Source: Heptranchias perlo
Taxonomy: Eukaryota
Direction: 5' to 3'
DNA: 64,000 nucleotides
NCBI RefSeq assembly: GCF_035084215.1
Contig: NW_027139442.1
Coordinates: 4,464,001 to 4,528,000, forward strand
In this document: positions 51,961 through 63,689 of the stretch, piece by piece
Layout of the letters: the number at the start of each line of letters is the position of its first letter
How positions within the stretch are numbered: the first letter of the stretch is position 1
Made by a program: the position numbers and the translations under genes
The notes under the pieces: generated by a model
The model's input: the letters and a program-made list of their open reading frames with translations, nothing else
What the model was told of the DNA's origin: nothing
Database searches by the model: none

Positions 51961-52623
51961 AACAATCTATATTTTAAATCTTGGATGCAATCATGAAATG
52001 ATCCTCTTGAACTCGTCGCATTCTTACAAAGAAGGATCGCCAACACTTCAACACAGCAAAAACGTTTGTCAGAAAAATTAACTAAATGGAGGAGTGGAAG
52101 AGCCAATTCAATGGCTCCTAATACCAGCGTGTCAAGGTGTTATAGTGAAGCGATCCTTAAACGCAAGATCAAACCTGGGACATGTCCCGAGTTCCTCTTC
52201 AGTGACATGAGACACAATGCTCTCTGCGTCACACGTTGCCCTCCTCTGCACCTCAAGGACTTGAAACATTCTTGCAGGCCTCTCTTACAATGTGCATAAG
52301 CAGATGTCGTCCACATCCAACCGTAAGCCACGTGAGTGATAATGGGAGCGTTCGAAGAACGGCGACTTGTAACAGGAAGGATGGAGAAAGTCTCAGCCCG
52401 AGGACACTCTCCCCCATTCCCAGACTTATTCTCAATGCCCCATTATCATTACTCTGTGTAAGGAGACTTTGTTTCCTCCGACCATGCAGAGTTGTATCGG
52501 GCCCCGCGTCTTTTCAGAGGCTGTTGTAAGCCTGGAACGCAGATATAACAGCTAGAAAGCATTGGGGAACCTAACGAAAATTTGGCGAACATTTGTCGGC
52601 TTGGTTGAGGCATTATGACATGA

Positions 52624-52695
52624 GAGAATGTAGGTCAGTGGGAAATCACATGATTCCCGTGTATCAGATCCCACGTTCAATCCCTTGAATCTTCA
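52624..52695 (+). pseudogene. tRNA-Ala-like pseudogene, full length but decayed
   Basis: 72-nt gapless hand alignment to a recalled vertebrate tRNA-Ala, 54/72 identical. Confidence 0.65.
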
Positions 52696-52713
52696 AGCAC
52701 TTCTACACAAGAA

Positions 52714-52790
52714 TTAACCAAAGAAAGACGAGCGATGCTTTCTGAGAGCTGCGGATTCCTTCCTTGAGCCGCTCTCCTGCAGCTTCACCG
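52714..52790 (-). CDS. Candidate cytoplasmic-tail exon of the Ig receptor
   Basis: Acceptor 'ttattatacag|CG', phase 1, reads (A)VKLQESGSRKESAALRKHRSSFFG*. Confidence 0.45.
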
Positions 52791-53029
52791 CTGTATAATA
52801 ATTTAATATGACCGGAGCAGGACTTAATCTCACTCTCCCCTGAACAGTTCGGCTTACGCAGCTTGGGACAATAACGTCTACTGCCGGAATGGGTCCCGGT
52901 GCAATGTTGGGCGAGCAGTCTGCTTTGGTTTCTGTTTGACGACCGTTCATTCTTCCTTTCACTTTCTGTATCAGAGATCAGATTTCACCCCAGCCACCAG
53001 ATCTCGATTTTACAAGGCCACTTAAAGGG

Positions 53030-54160
53030 TTGGGAATCTTTGGAATTCTTTACCCCCCAGAGGGCTGTGGATGCTCAGTCGTTGATTATATTCAAGACTG
53101 AGATCGATAGATTTTTAGAGACTAAAGCAATCAAGGGCTATTAGGATCGGGCGGGAAAGTGGAGTTGAGGTCCAAGATTAGCCATGGTCTTATTGAAGGG
53201 CGGAGTAGGCTCGAGGGGCGGTACGGCCCACTGCTGCTTCTATTTCATACATTCTTATTTCCTTATGTGAGGACAGGAGAGCACTGAACTCAGAGAAGAG
53301 AGAGCAAGGTGAGTTAAGATAGGGTTTGACGTCAGCCAGGATGACAAGTTGTTCAGTGCAGAGACAGAGGGGCAAAACCAGTAATTTATTCTGGGTGAGA
53401 AACTTGGCGTGGGGCATGTGTGGGAGGTAGAGAACAAGGATTTTATAGGAGATGTGAGAGGGGTGGAACAAAGTGAGGTGCTTAAAGGAGGAGAAGGTGC
53501 CGGACGACAATGTGGAGAGAACAAGGTGTGATTCGGTGAAGGGCAACACCGCCACCACAGCGGTTTGGGCGGGGCAGGTGGTGAAAATTACAACCACAAG
53601 GGGGGCTTTAGTAAGGAGGAAGGTGTCATCGCTCATCAACCACGTTATCGTTAAAGCCATCATTTCGATGCAATCCTTTTAATGAGGCCATGGATGGTCC
53701 GGTCAGAGCCCAGTACAGTTTAATTAGGACCTTTTCTGACTTGTATTCCATTGTTTTGGGATGTGTAGTTCAAGATTCTGTTGGATTTATTGATCGCTGC
53801 TCTGCACTGGTTAGACAGGTTGAGCGCCGGGTCTGCTAAGAATTTAAGTCCATTTAAGAAGATAAGAAAATAAAAGAGAGGAGCAGGAGTAGGCCATAGG
53901 GCCTCTCGAGCCTGCTCCGCCATTCAATCAGATCGTGGCTGACTTTCGACCTCAACTCCACTTTCCCGCCCCATCCCCATATCCCTTGATGACCCTACTG
54001 TTCAAAAATCTATCTATCGCAGCCTTGAATATAACAACGACGCAGCATCCTCAACCCTCTGAGATAGAGAATGCCAAAGATTCACAACCCTCTGACTGAA
54101 GAAATTCATCCTCATCTCAGTCTTAAATGGCCGATCCCTTATCCTGCGACAATGGCCCCT
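53030..54160. mobile_element. Mosaic of CR1 3' ends (+ 53030-53260, - 53860-54160) and an L2-like fragment
   Basis: CR1 3' UTR hairpin 'ggcggagtaggctcgaggggc..cccactgctgcttct' present in both orientations. Confidence 0.65.
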
Positions 54161-54348
54161 CATACGAGTGTTAACTTCGTCCTTAGACATTTCATCTTTC
54201 AGTCCATGATCTCCTTACATTTACAGCCCGAGGTTAGGAGTCCAATGATAGATGGTTGGAGGAGATGGTTAGTAGTGGGGAAGAGAGAGGATAATTAGCT
54301 CAGTCCGTGTATTTGTAATGAACTGATATTATATATTGTTTAACCTAC

Positions 54349-54438
54349 CTCTCTTCCAGAAGCACACAACCAACAGAGCAAGGATGAGCATCAGAACCAC
54401 AGCAGAGCCAACACGAGCCTCCAGCGCAACGGATTCAT
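54349..54438 (-). CDS. Transmembrane exon of LRC/LILR-like Ig receptor
   Basis: 'tttag|AT...AGAG|gtagg', 90 nt, phase 1-1: DESVALEARVGSAVVLMLILALLVVCFWKR. Confidence 0.8.
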
Positions 54439-55479
54439 CTAAATGATATAAAGGGGCAAAGTAGAACCAAGTTAGCCCAAAGATTATTCACGAAATAAAT
54501 AATTTGCTATTTAACAAAGAACATAATAGGCAGCGGATGTTTCATAATGCGGAGTGAATTTCTGAAGGGGAAAAAATGGTTGAGATGAAGGTGTGTTTCC
54601 AACACTCGCCGGAGGCGTAATTGGATTTGGCGGGGGAAGCGAAACTTGTGCAGTCCCTTTTGCCGCCAGTTATACCGCACGCCAAATATCCAGTTGAGTG
54701 GAAGTGGCTCCTCTCGTCACTTTTACCCCTATAAATGTCCCACATTAATGCAAGGCTCCAAAATCAGGGAATCGGTAATGAGCTCGGCAATGGTTCGACA
54801 TCCGGGTGAGAAACGGGGACACGGATCAAAGCTCAATTGTCATTAGCCCATTAATTAAAAGCCTCATATATTCATTGATTCCTTCGTTGGATAATAATAG
54901 TGGACCTGGGACCAGGTGAATTTTTAATTCTTCCCAGCTCACGGTAAAAATATCACACCGGCAGTGTGGAAATTAATCAATTTAATTCTGTTAACTCGAG
55001 AATCAGCATTGGGTCTAAACTGCGCATGTGCGGAGAGGATTGATGCGGTGACGTTTCAGGAGTGGATCTTGGTCAGAACTCACCTGTTCTCTGCACAGAG
55101 GCTGACCGATTATTACAGCATTTGATTGTTTTTATCGTGTTTTGCTGACTAGGTTAAATTAGTTCTTGTTAAAGACCGTAGCGTGGATGTTATTTTCTCA
55201 GCTTCACCGGGGGGCAACCCTGGACTGTTCGCGGATTGGTAAGGAACGACAGGACAAACCGAGCGAATTTAACTTCTCATCAGAATTTGAAAAATTAAAT
55301 CATTCAACGTTTTATGCTGTAGTTTTTTCCTCAGTAACACGATAAATGGCGAACATTTAATGAAATAAGCGTTACAATGCTTTTCGATATAATTTCCACG
55401 CCACTTTTACGCCACACTGGATCAGGCCAAAAATGGAAAATAAACACATTTTACTGGTGTCGGATGAACACAAGTTAAC

Positions 55480-56085
55480 AAAGCACTGGGGTTTATTTCT
55501 AGCGGAATAGAATCGGAAAGCAGATTTTTTTGTTAAACTGGTATAGAACCTTGGTTCGACCACATTTAGAATACTGTGTACAGTTCTGGCCTCCAGAATA
55601 CATAAAGGTATAGAAGCACTGTCGAAAGTGGGAAGAAGATTTAGGAGGATGTCACCAAAACTGAGAGGGTACAACTATCAGGAAAGACTGAACAGGCCGG
55701 GTCTCTTTTCTCGAGAAAAGAGCTGATCTGATGGAGGTTTTAAAATTATGAAGGGGTTCGATAAGGTCGATAAGAAGTTTGTACTTGTGCGGAGTCCAAA
55801 GCTCGGGGACGTAAATACAATATAGCCACAAATAAACCCAATAAGGAATTCAGGAGAGACATCTTTACCCTGATCGTGGTTAGAATGCGCATCTCGCTGC
55901 CACATGGAGTGAGTGAGGCAAATAGCATAACTGCATTTAAGGGCAAGCTAGATGAGTACACGAAGGAGAAAGGAAAAGAAGGACATGTTTATAGCGTGAG
56001 ATGAAGTAACGTGGAAAGAGGCTCGTGTGGAGCATAAAGACCGCCATCGATCCGATGGGCTGAATGTCCATTTTGTGAGCTGTAA
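55480..56085 (+). mobile_element. CR1 LINE 3' fragment
   Basis: 'ttggttcgaccacatttagaatactgtgtacagttctgg' encodes LVRPHLEYCVQFW. Confidence 0.75.
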
Positions 56086-56204
56086 AAACACCCATGATCC
56101 ATTTGAATGGCGGAATATGCTTGAGGGAATGGATGGCTTAATTCCATGTTAGTAAAATTCGATAGAATTCGAAGTGATACAGTCACCGTGCCAATCTCAC
56201 TCAC

Positions 56205-56501
56205 CTCTTACAGTTATGTGTACAGGGTCACTCAGAGCTGACGTTTGCAGCTTTCTCTTCCCATTTGCTTCATACAAACATATGTAGTTTCCTCCATCGT
56301 CATGATCTATATTCGTGAGCGTGAAGGTGACATAATTTCGCCGTGCAGCAGCAAACTGGATATCCGAGTAATTCGCTTCCCCATGTCTGTATAAGTAAAA
56401 TGTGGAGCAAGGAAGCTTCTGGCGATTTGTGCAGTTAAAGATGACTTTTCCACCTTTCACAGCAATACTAGAATCCACTGATATATTTGGTTTGGGTAGG
56501 T
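56205..56501 (-). CDS. Ig (C2-type, LILR/A1BG-like) exon, membrane-proximal
   Basis: 297 nt, AG/GT, phase 1-1: DLPKPNISV..VIFNC..TFYLY..GGNYICLY..SALSDPVHITV. Confidence 0.88.
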
Positions 56502-57094
56502 CTGTAATTCGAATGGAACAAGTAGTGACAATCGATTGAAATGCAATGAGCAAACGTATTTTGTGAGCCAAACTGTAATGCACCAGGTACAGCAGTCCTG
56601 AATAATTTCACCGGATTCCGCACATTGCTGCCAATCGTGCAGCTGAACAATTAATGGTTCAACCAACTTTATAGCATTTTGGTTTACTTTATATTCAGCA
56701 TCCGAGCGCCCGTGCAGTCATCTCAGGCACGATACAGTAGACGAAAAGGGAGAGCAGTGGGCGAGGGAAATGCACGATTGGAAAACAGACAACTTGTATT
56801 CACTGGAGATTTGTGTGTGTGAAAATTATAGAAAGAAAAAGATGGCCTAAAATCTCGAGGGTATTTTGAAATCCTTCCCTTCACTGGCTTACACTTTGTG
56901 ATATGTAATTGTACCACTCACCCTGGAATTATCACAGACACAATTTAAAAGGCCTATTGAACATTGCTATTCGTAATTAAATATTTTGTACCCTGTGAAA
57001 CATTTATCAGAAAGTGCGATTTCTTATCATAACTTCCTGTTATGTATCTACTTTAGTTCATGGAACAGCGTTTACTCGACATTTCTCTTCATTA

Positions 57095-58620
57095 TAAGTT
57101 CAGAAGTGTGGCTGTTCGCTAATGATTGCACAGTGTTCAGCTCCATTCGCAAATCATCAGATAATGAAGAAGTCCATACCCGCATGGAGCAAGACCCGGC
57201 CAACATCAGACTTCGGCTGATAAGTGGAAAGTAACATTCGCACCACACAAGTGCCAATCAAAGACCATCTCCAACAAGCGAAAGTCTAACCACCCCTTTG
57301 ACATTCAATGACATTACCATCGCCGAATCCCCGACCATCAACATCTTAGAGGTCGCCATTGATCGGAAACTCAACTGGACCAACCACATAAATGCTGTGA
57401 TTATCAGAGTAGATTCGACGCTGGGTATTCTGCAGTAAGTGGCTCACCTCCTCATTCCCCAAAGCCTATCTGCTGTAAGGAAATATTGGTTAAGGTATTA
57501 TGGGGAACCAGGCGCGAAAGGGTTAATTAGTCAATGCTTTAACTGAAACGACTGCACCATAACATAGATTGCTTTTAAATTAACGTACTGCAGCTGCAGG
57601 CACTAACATTCATCAAAACCATGTCATTTCAAACAAAGGGAGGGACTTAACGGCACCCCCACTCCTTCAGGCTTACTGGAATGCTGAAGTTAACTAGTTA
57701 CCTTAAAGGCCTAGAGAGGGATTTATCAACTGCAGGGATTGAGGAACATTGTGTTAAAGATAAGGGGCTGGAGGGTGCACAAGACGCAATCCTTTCTTGG
57801 CAATTACGTGTTGTCGAGACGATTTGGTAAATTAAAGGGAGGATTTTGGAAAAGACCTGATTGGGTGTATGTTCCCGCAGTTCCGTTTATTGGAGTAAAA
57901 CTGTTAGTCTGGGCTTTTGTTAAGTGCAGGGAACAGTATAGAAAGTACAAGGCGGTAAACGAGAACGAGAGTACTAGGTGAAGGAACGAACAGGGCACGA
58001 GGTCGCAGCTTCGACCCAAAATAATTCTCAATTGTGTTTTGTAAACGACTGCTGAAACACTGTGATGTATTGATTCTTGCTTGTGCTCAGTAAAGTCACA
58101 AGGCTATTAACCATTATGGTGTCAGTCTCGAAGAATTGAGCAGAGAGTCAAATTGACTACACTGCCACCAACAAGGTGGCAGGAGTGTGATGGAATTCTC
58201 TTCACTTGCCTGGGCGGGTACAGCTGCAAATAGACTCAAGAAGCTCGACAGCATCCAGCACAACGCGGACCGCTTGATCGGCAGTCCATTCACTACCTCA
58301 ACCATCCACTCCCTGCATCACTGGTGCACCGTGGCTGCAGTATGTACTATCTACAGGATAGACTGCAGCACATTCCTAACTCGCGAACTCCACCATCAGT
58401 CAAGACAAGTGTCGAATCGCTATGGGAACACCATCACCTCCAAGTTCCCCTCCAAGTCAGACACTCTTCCGAACTCCCTACCTAACAGCACTGCGGGTAT
58501 ACCTTGTCAACATGGACTGCATGGTTGAAGAAGAAGGCTCACCACCACCTTCTCAATGGCTACTATAAATGGGCAATAAACGCCGGCGTTTCAAGCGATA
58601 CACACATCCTGAAGAATGAT
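57095..58620 (+). mobile_element. Non-LTR retrotransposon RT 3' fragment split by a solo LTR
   Basis: 'LFANDCTVF' (FADD-like) on the left; 'KKLDSIQH..SLHHWCTVAA' on the right. Confidence 0.65.
57474..58161. mobile_element. Solo LTR, 688 bp
   Basis: TGTAAG...CTACA termini; 4-bp TSD CTGC (57470-57473, 58162-58165); flanking LINE is contiguous across it. Confidence 0.8.
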
Positions 58621-59049
58621 CAAAAATTCAAGTCCACAAGCCTGTAACTCATTCATCTGAAATGTGAATCCCCATGGATTAGCAGAGATTTTCACTCTTT
58701 TTAATCACGTTTGCAACTCAGATAAATTAGCGGAATTGTGAATGTGGGACAAACGCATTTTCCTTGTTCCATTCATATCCTGGTGTGAATTTTTTGGGCT
58801 GTATCCTTTCTTTGGGACTGGAATCCCTGATTTCTTTTGTTTCTTATTTCCGTTTCAGTCAGCTCGTGAAACTGTGAATTCCCCTTTTGTCGAATCTCAG
58901 TTCCCGATGCAAACACTTCCCTTCAACACAATCGGTATTGAGTTAACAACCTTCCACGACATGTGGCAATTCACAGCTCTTGGCCTTATTTTTCTTTCCA
59001 TTAATTTTACCACAGACCCGGTTTATCTAATGGGCTCTGCATTAGCAAG

Positions 59050-59410
59050 TGACAGATTATCTGGTCCCCTGGCATCTCTCTCGCTACTGAGTTCGAAGGC
59101 GGTGGGTATAAGGTCAACTCCAAGACTTTAGTACCTAAGCCACGTTGAATATTGATTGTAGTGGAAGGCCAGGCTGCAGTGTGAAAGTAAACGTTAAATC
59201 GAGGCACTACCTGCCCGTTTAGCCGAACAGGAAAGAACCGGTGGGCAACATTTAGCCCTCAACCAATACGGTCAAAATGAATGAACCGATTATTCTCTCA
59301 TTGCTGTTCGTGTTAACTGGGTACCGCGTTTACAACAGTGACCACACTTCACCGGCTGTGACATGCTTTGGCACATTTTGAAGAAGGAAAAGCCGCTATC
59401 TGATTATCTT
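59050..59410 (+). mobile_element. Decayed Deu-domain SINE
   Basis: 'cgttaaatcgaggc', 'tacaacagtgaccacacttc' shared with 2110-2560. Confidence 0.5.
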
Positions 59411-59659
59411 TCTATTTACACTGCTGATTTCTGGTTAGAAAATACTTGGGGTTACCTAAATATCTGCATGAAATGCTTCGGCCGTCAAATTTGGGCTGAA
59501 ATTTGTCCTGGTTGGTATCGTAAGATGGGCGATAACTATCGGCAGCCAATTTTACACTCCGCCCAATTTTGCACTCCGCCCAATTTTCATTTCAAGTCAC
59601 TTCAATGTTGGATAATAGGGGACAATTTCGACTCCCGTATAAGGCTAAGTTCACCGCAC

Positions 59660-59982
59660 ACATAGATATAAATTAACATCGGAGTTACAGTGAATGCTGA
59701 TCTCTATAAATGAGACTAATCCCACCCTACACTTGGATGTATATTAGCATAGATGTTACAGTGAGTGCTGGTCTCCAGTAACGATACCATTCTCACCCTA
59801 CACTTGGATCTATATTAACATTGGGGTGACAGTGAATGCTGGTCTCTCTTAATGGGACTAATCTCACCCTACACTTGGATATATATTAGCATAGGGGTTA
59901 CAGTGAGTGCGGGTCTCTATTAACGATACTATTCGCACCCTACACTTGGATATATCGTAACATCGGTGTTACAGTGAATGCT
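59660..59982. repeat. 71-bp tandem repeat, ~4.5 copies
   Basis: 'gttacagtga' at 59684, 59755, 59826, 59897, 59968. Confidence 0.92.
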
Positions 59983-60166
59983 ATAAATGCTTTCACCGGC
60001 AGTAAACGGTCAGCCTATGTGTTCAGGTCCGTTTGTTATAGAGACCATGAGCTGAGCGCCGAGACGTTGAACATACAACACTGAGACATTTATACAAAGA
60101 TTATTTTTTGAAAATATAAAGAGTGTTGAATAGATATATTAACAATCTCTCCTCTCCTTCCCTCAC

Positions 60167-60457
60167 CTGCTATAGTGATTGTCACAGCCTCACTCAGCGG
60201 GGACCAGAATCGCCTTCTTTTGACGACGGTTCTATATTTGCATTGGTACCGCCCTCCTTGGTTTGAACTGGTAACCGTGAATGTTCCAATGCTGCCCTTG
60301 GTGAAGAATTGGCGAGATGTCAGCAGTTGATTATTTCTGTAAAAGTAGATTTTACCGCGATATTCCCTGTTGACGTTGCAGGTAATGGTGACCGTCCCTC
60401 CTTTTAAATACACCCCAATCGATTGATCAAGAGACATCCGCGGCCGTGTGATTGGAT
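60167..60457 (-). CDS. Ig exon of LRC-like receptor
   Basis: 291 nt, 'ccacag|AT..G|gtgag', phase 1-1: DPITRPRMSL..VTITC..IYFYR..GGRYQCKY..SPLSEAVTITI. Confidence 0.88.
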
Positions 60458-61553
60458 CTGTGGTAAAATAGATAGAACCAGCAATGAGAAATTGACCTGT
60501 TGGTATTTTCGTGCGCGGGAATGTTGGTATCACAATAACGATTCCGCGATGATCAAGGGAAATGTTACATCGTGGCCTGGGTTCCACAAAAGAGTAATTC
60601 GCGACTTCATCAGTGGAATGAAATGGATGCGTGACTAAAAAGAAATCGGCTGGGGTTTCTATTTGTAAAATCAGATTTTATCCCAGAAATTGCTCTCTGT
60701 GATACAAGCGGAACAAGCGTTGATTTCAATTCCCATTGATGCTGATATAGCAGCATCTCAAACGCAATTAACAAGAGTACACGCCAACGCTAAACTGTGG
60801 GAAGTCACATTTCAAATAAAGCTTGGAAATGTTGGTGGGCTAGAATTTTGATTCTCATATTTCGGTGTGTTTGTTTTGCTGCAAAAGTCGGCATTTACTG
60901 CCCATCCTTAGGTGCCCTTGAGAAGGTGATCGTCGACCCTCTTCTTGCACCGCTTTAGCCCGCGTGGCAAAGGTACTCCCTCACTGTTGTTAGATAGTGT
61001 GTTCCACGATTTTGAATGGCGATATATGTCCAAATCAGGATGGTGAGTGACTTGGAAGGCAACGGCAGTGATGGTGTTCCCATGCCCCGGCTGCCCTTCT
61101 CAGTGGTGGAAGTCACGGATTTAAGAGGTGCTGCCGAAAAGCAATCAAGTGAGATATATGGAAAACTACAACATAACTGATTTGAAGTATTCTGCAAAGC
61201 AGTATCACGGTGAAAGTCTCAGCAGGCAGTTTCGGTTAACTGTCAGAGAAATTGGTAATATGTCAAGACCAGCCAGTCTGGCGGTACCTCGTGAGGTGAC
61301 GCTACAGTCGGTGGAGCTAAAAGACTGGCGACGTGCTGTCATTGTGGCATTAAACATTTCGCCCTGCTAGTTCAGATATGTAAGGCATAAAATTGGAAAT
61401 CATGACCATAGATGTGTAATAACATCACATCACCTCCATTTACACATTAAGGAGGGCGTATGTTGACATTGTGCCTTATCAGGGACCTTGGACCAACGGC
61501 TGAAAGGAAGACTCATTTCTGGGATGCAGTTTTTCCTCAGTACTGAACTAAAG

Positions 61554-61725
61554 GGGACATGTTAACCGGAACCGCCCAGTGGGAATGGGACGGGATCGAA
61601 CGGCCGGCCATTTTACACTCTGCCCATTAAAGTTAACGGAGGGTAAAATCGGGCGAAGTGTAAAACGGGTGGCCGACCCGAACCTGCCCCCTTTCCCGTC
61701 TTTGAGAGTTAGTTAAAAATAACCC
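61554..61725. mobile_element. Imperfect palindromic MITE-like element
   Basis: 'cggccggccattttacactctgccc' versus 'gggcgaagtgtaaaacgggtggccg'; related copies near 15100-15240 and 63517-63650. Confidence 0.5.
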
Positions 61726-62129
61726 TCCATCCCTTCTTGGGAACTGAGCTCAAGACTTGGTTGAGATTGAAGACACAAAATTCTGCCTTAGGCGGTGACA
61801 TTGCGTCAATGAAAAAGAACATTCGGCGAAGTGTAACATGCTTCTGCATACCCTGGCACCAGTTTTGCGCTACCACTTAAGATGGATTTCATCCCACACT
61901 TGGATACAATAACATGGGGGTCAAAGTGACTGCTTCCCTCTGTTGATGCTTTCACAGGCGGTTCGCCTGTGTGTTCAGGACCCATTGTTACAGAGACCCT
62001 GTCAAGGGATGAACTCAGAAACACTCTCTGCCAATAATAAACACTGTTACATTGAAAGAAGTATAAAGTTCTGGAAATACCAAGAATGTTGAATAGACTG
62101 CCCTAAAATCTTTGTTCCCATTCACTCAC

Positions 62130-62420
62130 CTGTTATAGTTACCGTCACAGACTCGCTGAGCTGGGATTCTAACCATCTTGTTTTGGCATAGATTCCATAC
62201 TTGCATTGGTACATCCCTCCTAGGGTTGGACCGGTAACGGTGAAGGTTACAGTATTGTCCTTTGCGAAGAGCTGACGAGACCACAGCAGTTGATTATCTC
62301 TGTAAAAGTAGATTTGACCACGACATTCTCCGGCCACGGTGCAGGTTATGGTGACCGTTTCTCCTTCTAAATACACCCCAGTCGGTTGATCAAGTGATAT
62401 CTCTGGCGGTGTTAGCGGAT
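62130..62420 (-). CDS. Ig exon of LRC-like receptor (gene continues 5' beyond the window)
   Basis: 291 nt, phase 1-1: DPLTPPEISLDQPTGVYLEGETVTITC..GGMYQCKY..SQLSESVTVTIT; paralog of 60167-60457. Confidence 0.88.
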
Positions 62421-62755
62421 CTGTGGTAAAATCAATGGAAATAACAATTCGAAATGGAACTGTGTATTTTCATGTACAGTTCAAGAATGGTGACTCAGTT
62501 AGGATGGCGGTTTGTTGAAGGGAAATGTTTACATAATTTCTGAGATTCCACAAAAAAAGGGAATTCGCGATTTACTTTCCTCAATCAGTGGAAGTGCGAA
62601 AGTAAAGAAATCAGCTGGTGGTTCTATTTCGAAAATCAGCGCTTGGCCCAGAAATTGCTCTTTGCGATACGAGCAGAACACGGAAAATGCATTGATTTGA
62701 ATTCCCCTGTTCTGTTAATTTAGCCGAGCTGCAAACTCGATTAGAGACAGTGAAT

Positions 62756-62930
62756 GGAGTAGATTTAGATTTTGTGCGTTAGTGTAAGATGAATGCTAAC
62801 GGGACGGCATTCAATTTTACATCTCGGCCGATTTGACTGCAATGGGAATGAAAATCGGGAGTGATGTAAAACAGGATTGATGATTCGCTTTCACCCGTTT
62901 TACAATATCGCGCAAAATCAAAATCTCCCC
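62756..62930. mobile_element. Palindromic MITE-like element
   Basis: Terminal inverted repeats 'ggagtagatttagattttgtgcg' / 'cgcgcaaaatcaaaatctcccc'. Confidence 0.6.
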
Positions 62931-63689
62931 CAATGTATCCGCTAAACCGTGGTGATTCGCTCTTAAAATAAAGGAGTTAAGTGTTGGTGGACTCGAAATT
63001 AATTTTATATAATTGTTTCCGATGTGGGCGTTTCCGCTGCCCATCCCGAGTTGCCTTTGTGAAGATAGTGGTGGGTCTTCTTCATGAGTCGCTGCAGCCT
63101 GTGTAGTGAGGAGGCTCCCACAATGCTGTTTGGGAGAGAGTCTCAGGATATTGATCCAGCAATAATAATGGAACGGTTATATAAGTCCAAGTCGGGATGT
63201 TGCTTGATAACGTTCCTGTGAAGCGATTCGGGACATTATTACTCCGTTAAAGGCGGTGTATAAATGCAAGTTTTTGTTATTGTTGTGACGCTACGTTCAG
63301 CGCAGTTGAGATCTTGGCGATGTGCCATCATTGTGGCATTGAACTGTTCTGTCTGCTAGTTCGGGCATGTAAGGAGTAAATTTGGAAATTAGGAACATAG
63401 ATCTGCTTTTATCCTTCAACAAGGTCTTACGTTGCACTTCATCAGGTGTCTCCTGCCAATGGCTGTCAGGAAGATTCATCTCTGGAATGCAGCATTTCTT
63501 CAGTACTCACCAAAATGGGGCAATTTTAACTTAAACCACCCGGCGGAAACAGAGTCGGTTCAGTCGGCCGACGATTTTGCACTTGGCCCGATTTTATGCA
63601 CCACTAGAATGGTTGGAGGGTAAAATCGAGCGGAGCGTAAAACTGGTGACCAACCTGAATAGGGCTCCAGCTTCGGATAATAACCACCG

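Noticed and set aside
54166-54210. Possible 45-nt phase 1-1 cytoplasmic exon (DHGLKDEMSKDEVNT) on the minus strand
   Set aside because: Acceptor lacks a pyrimidine tract and the donor abuts a CR1 insertion; not supportable without RNA data
56922-56953. Possible leader mini-exon (AG..GTGAGT) upstream of the third Ig exon
   Set aside because: 32 nt would shift the frame between phase-1 exons, and no first leader exon was found
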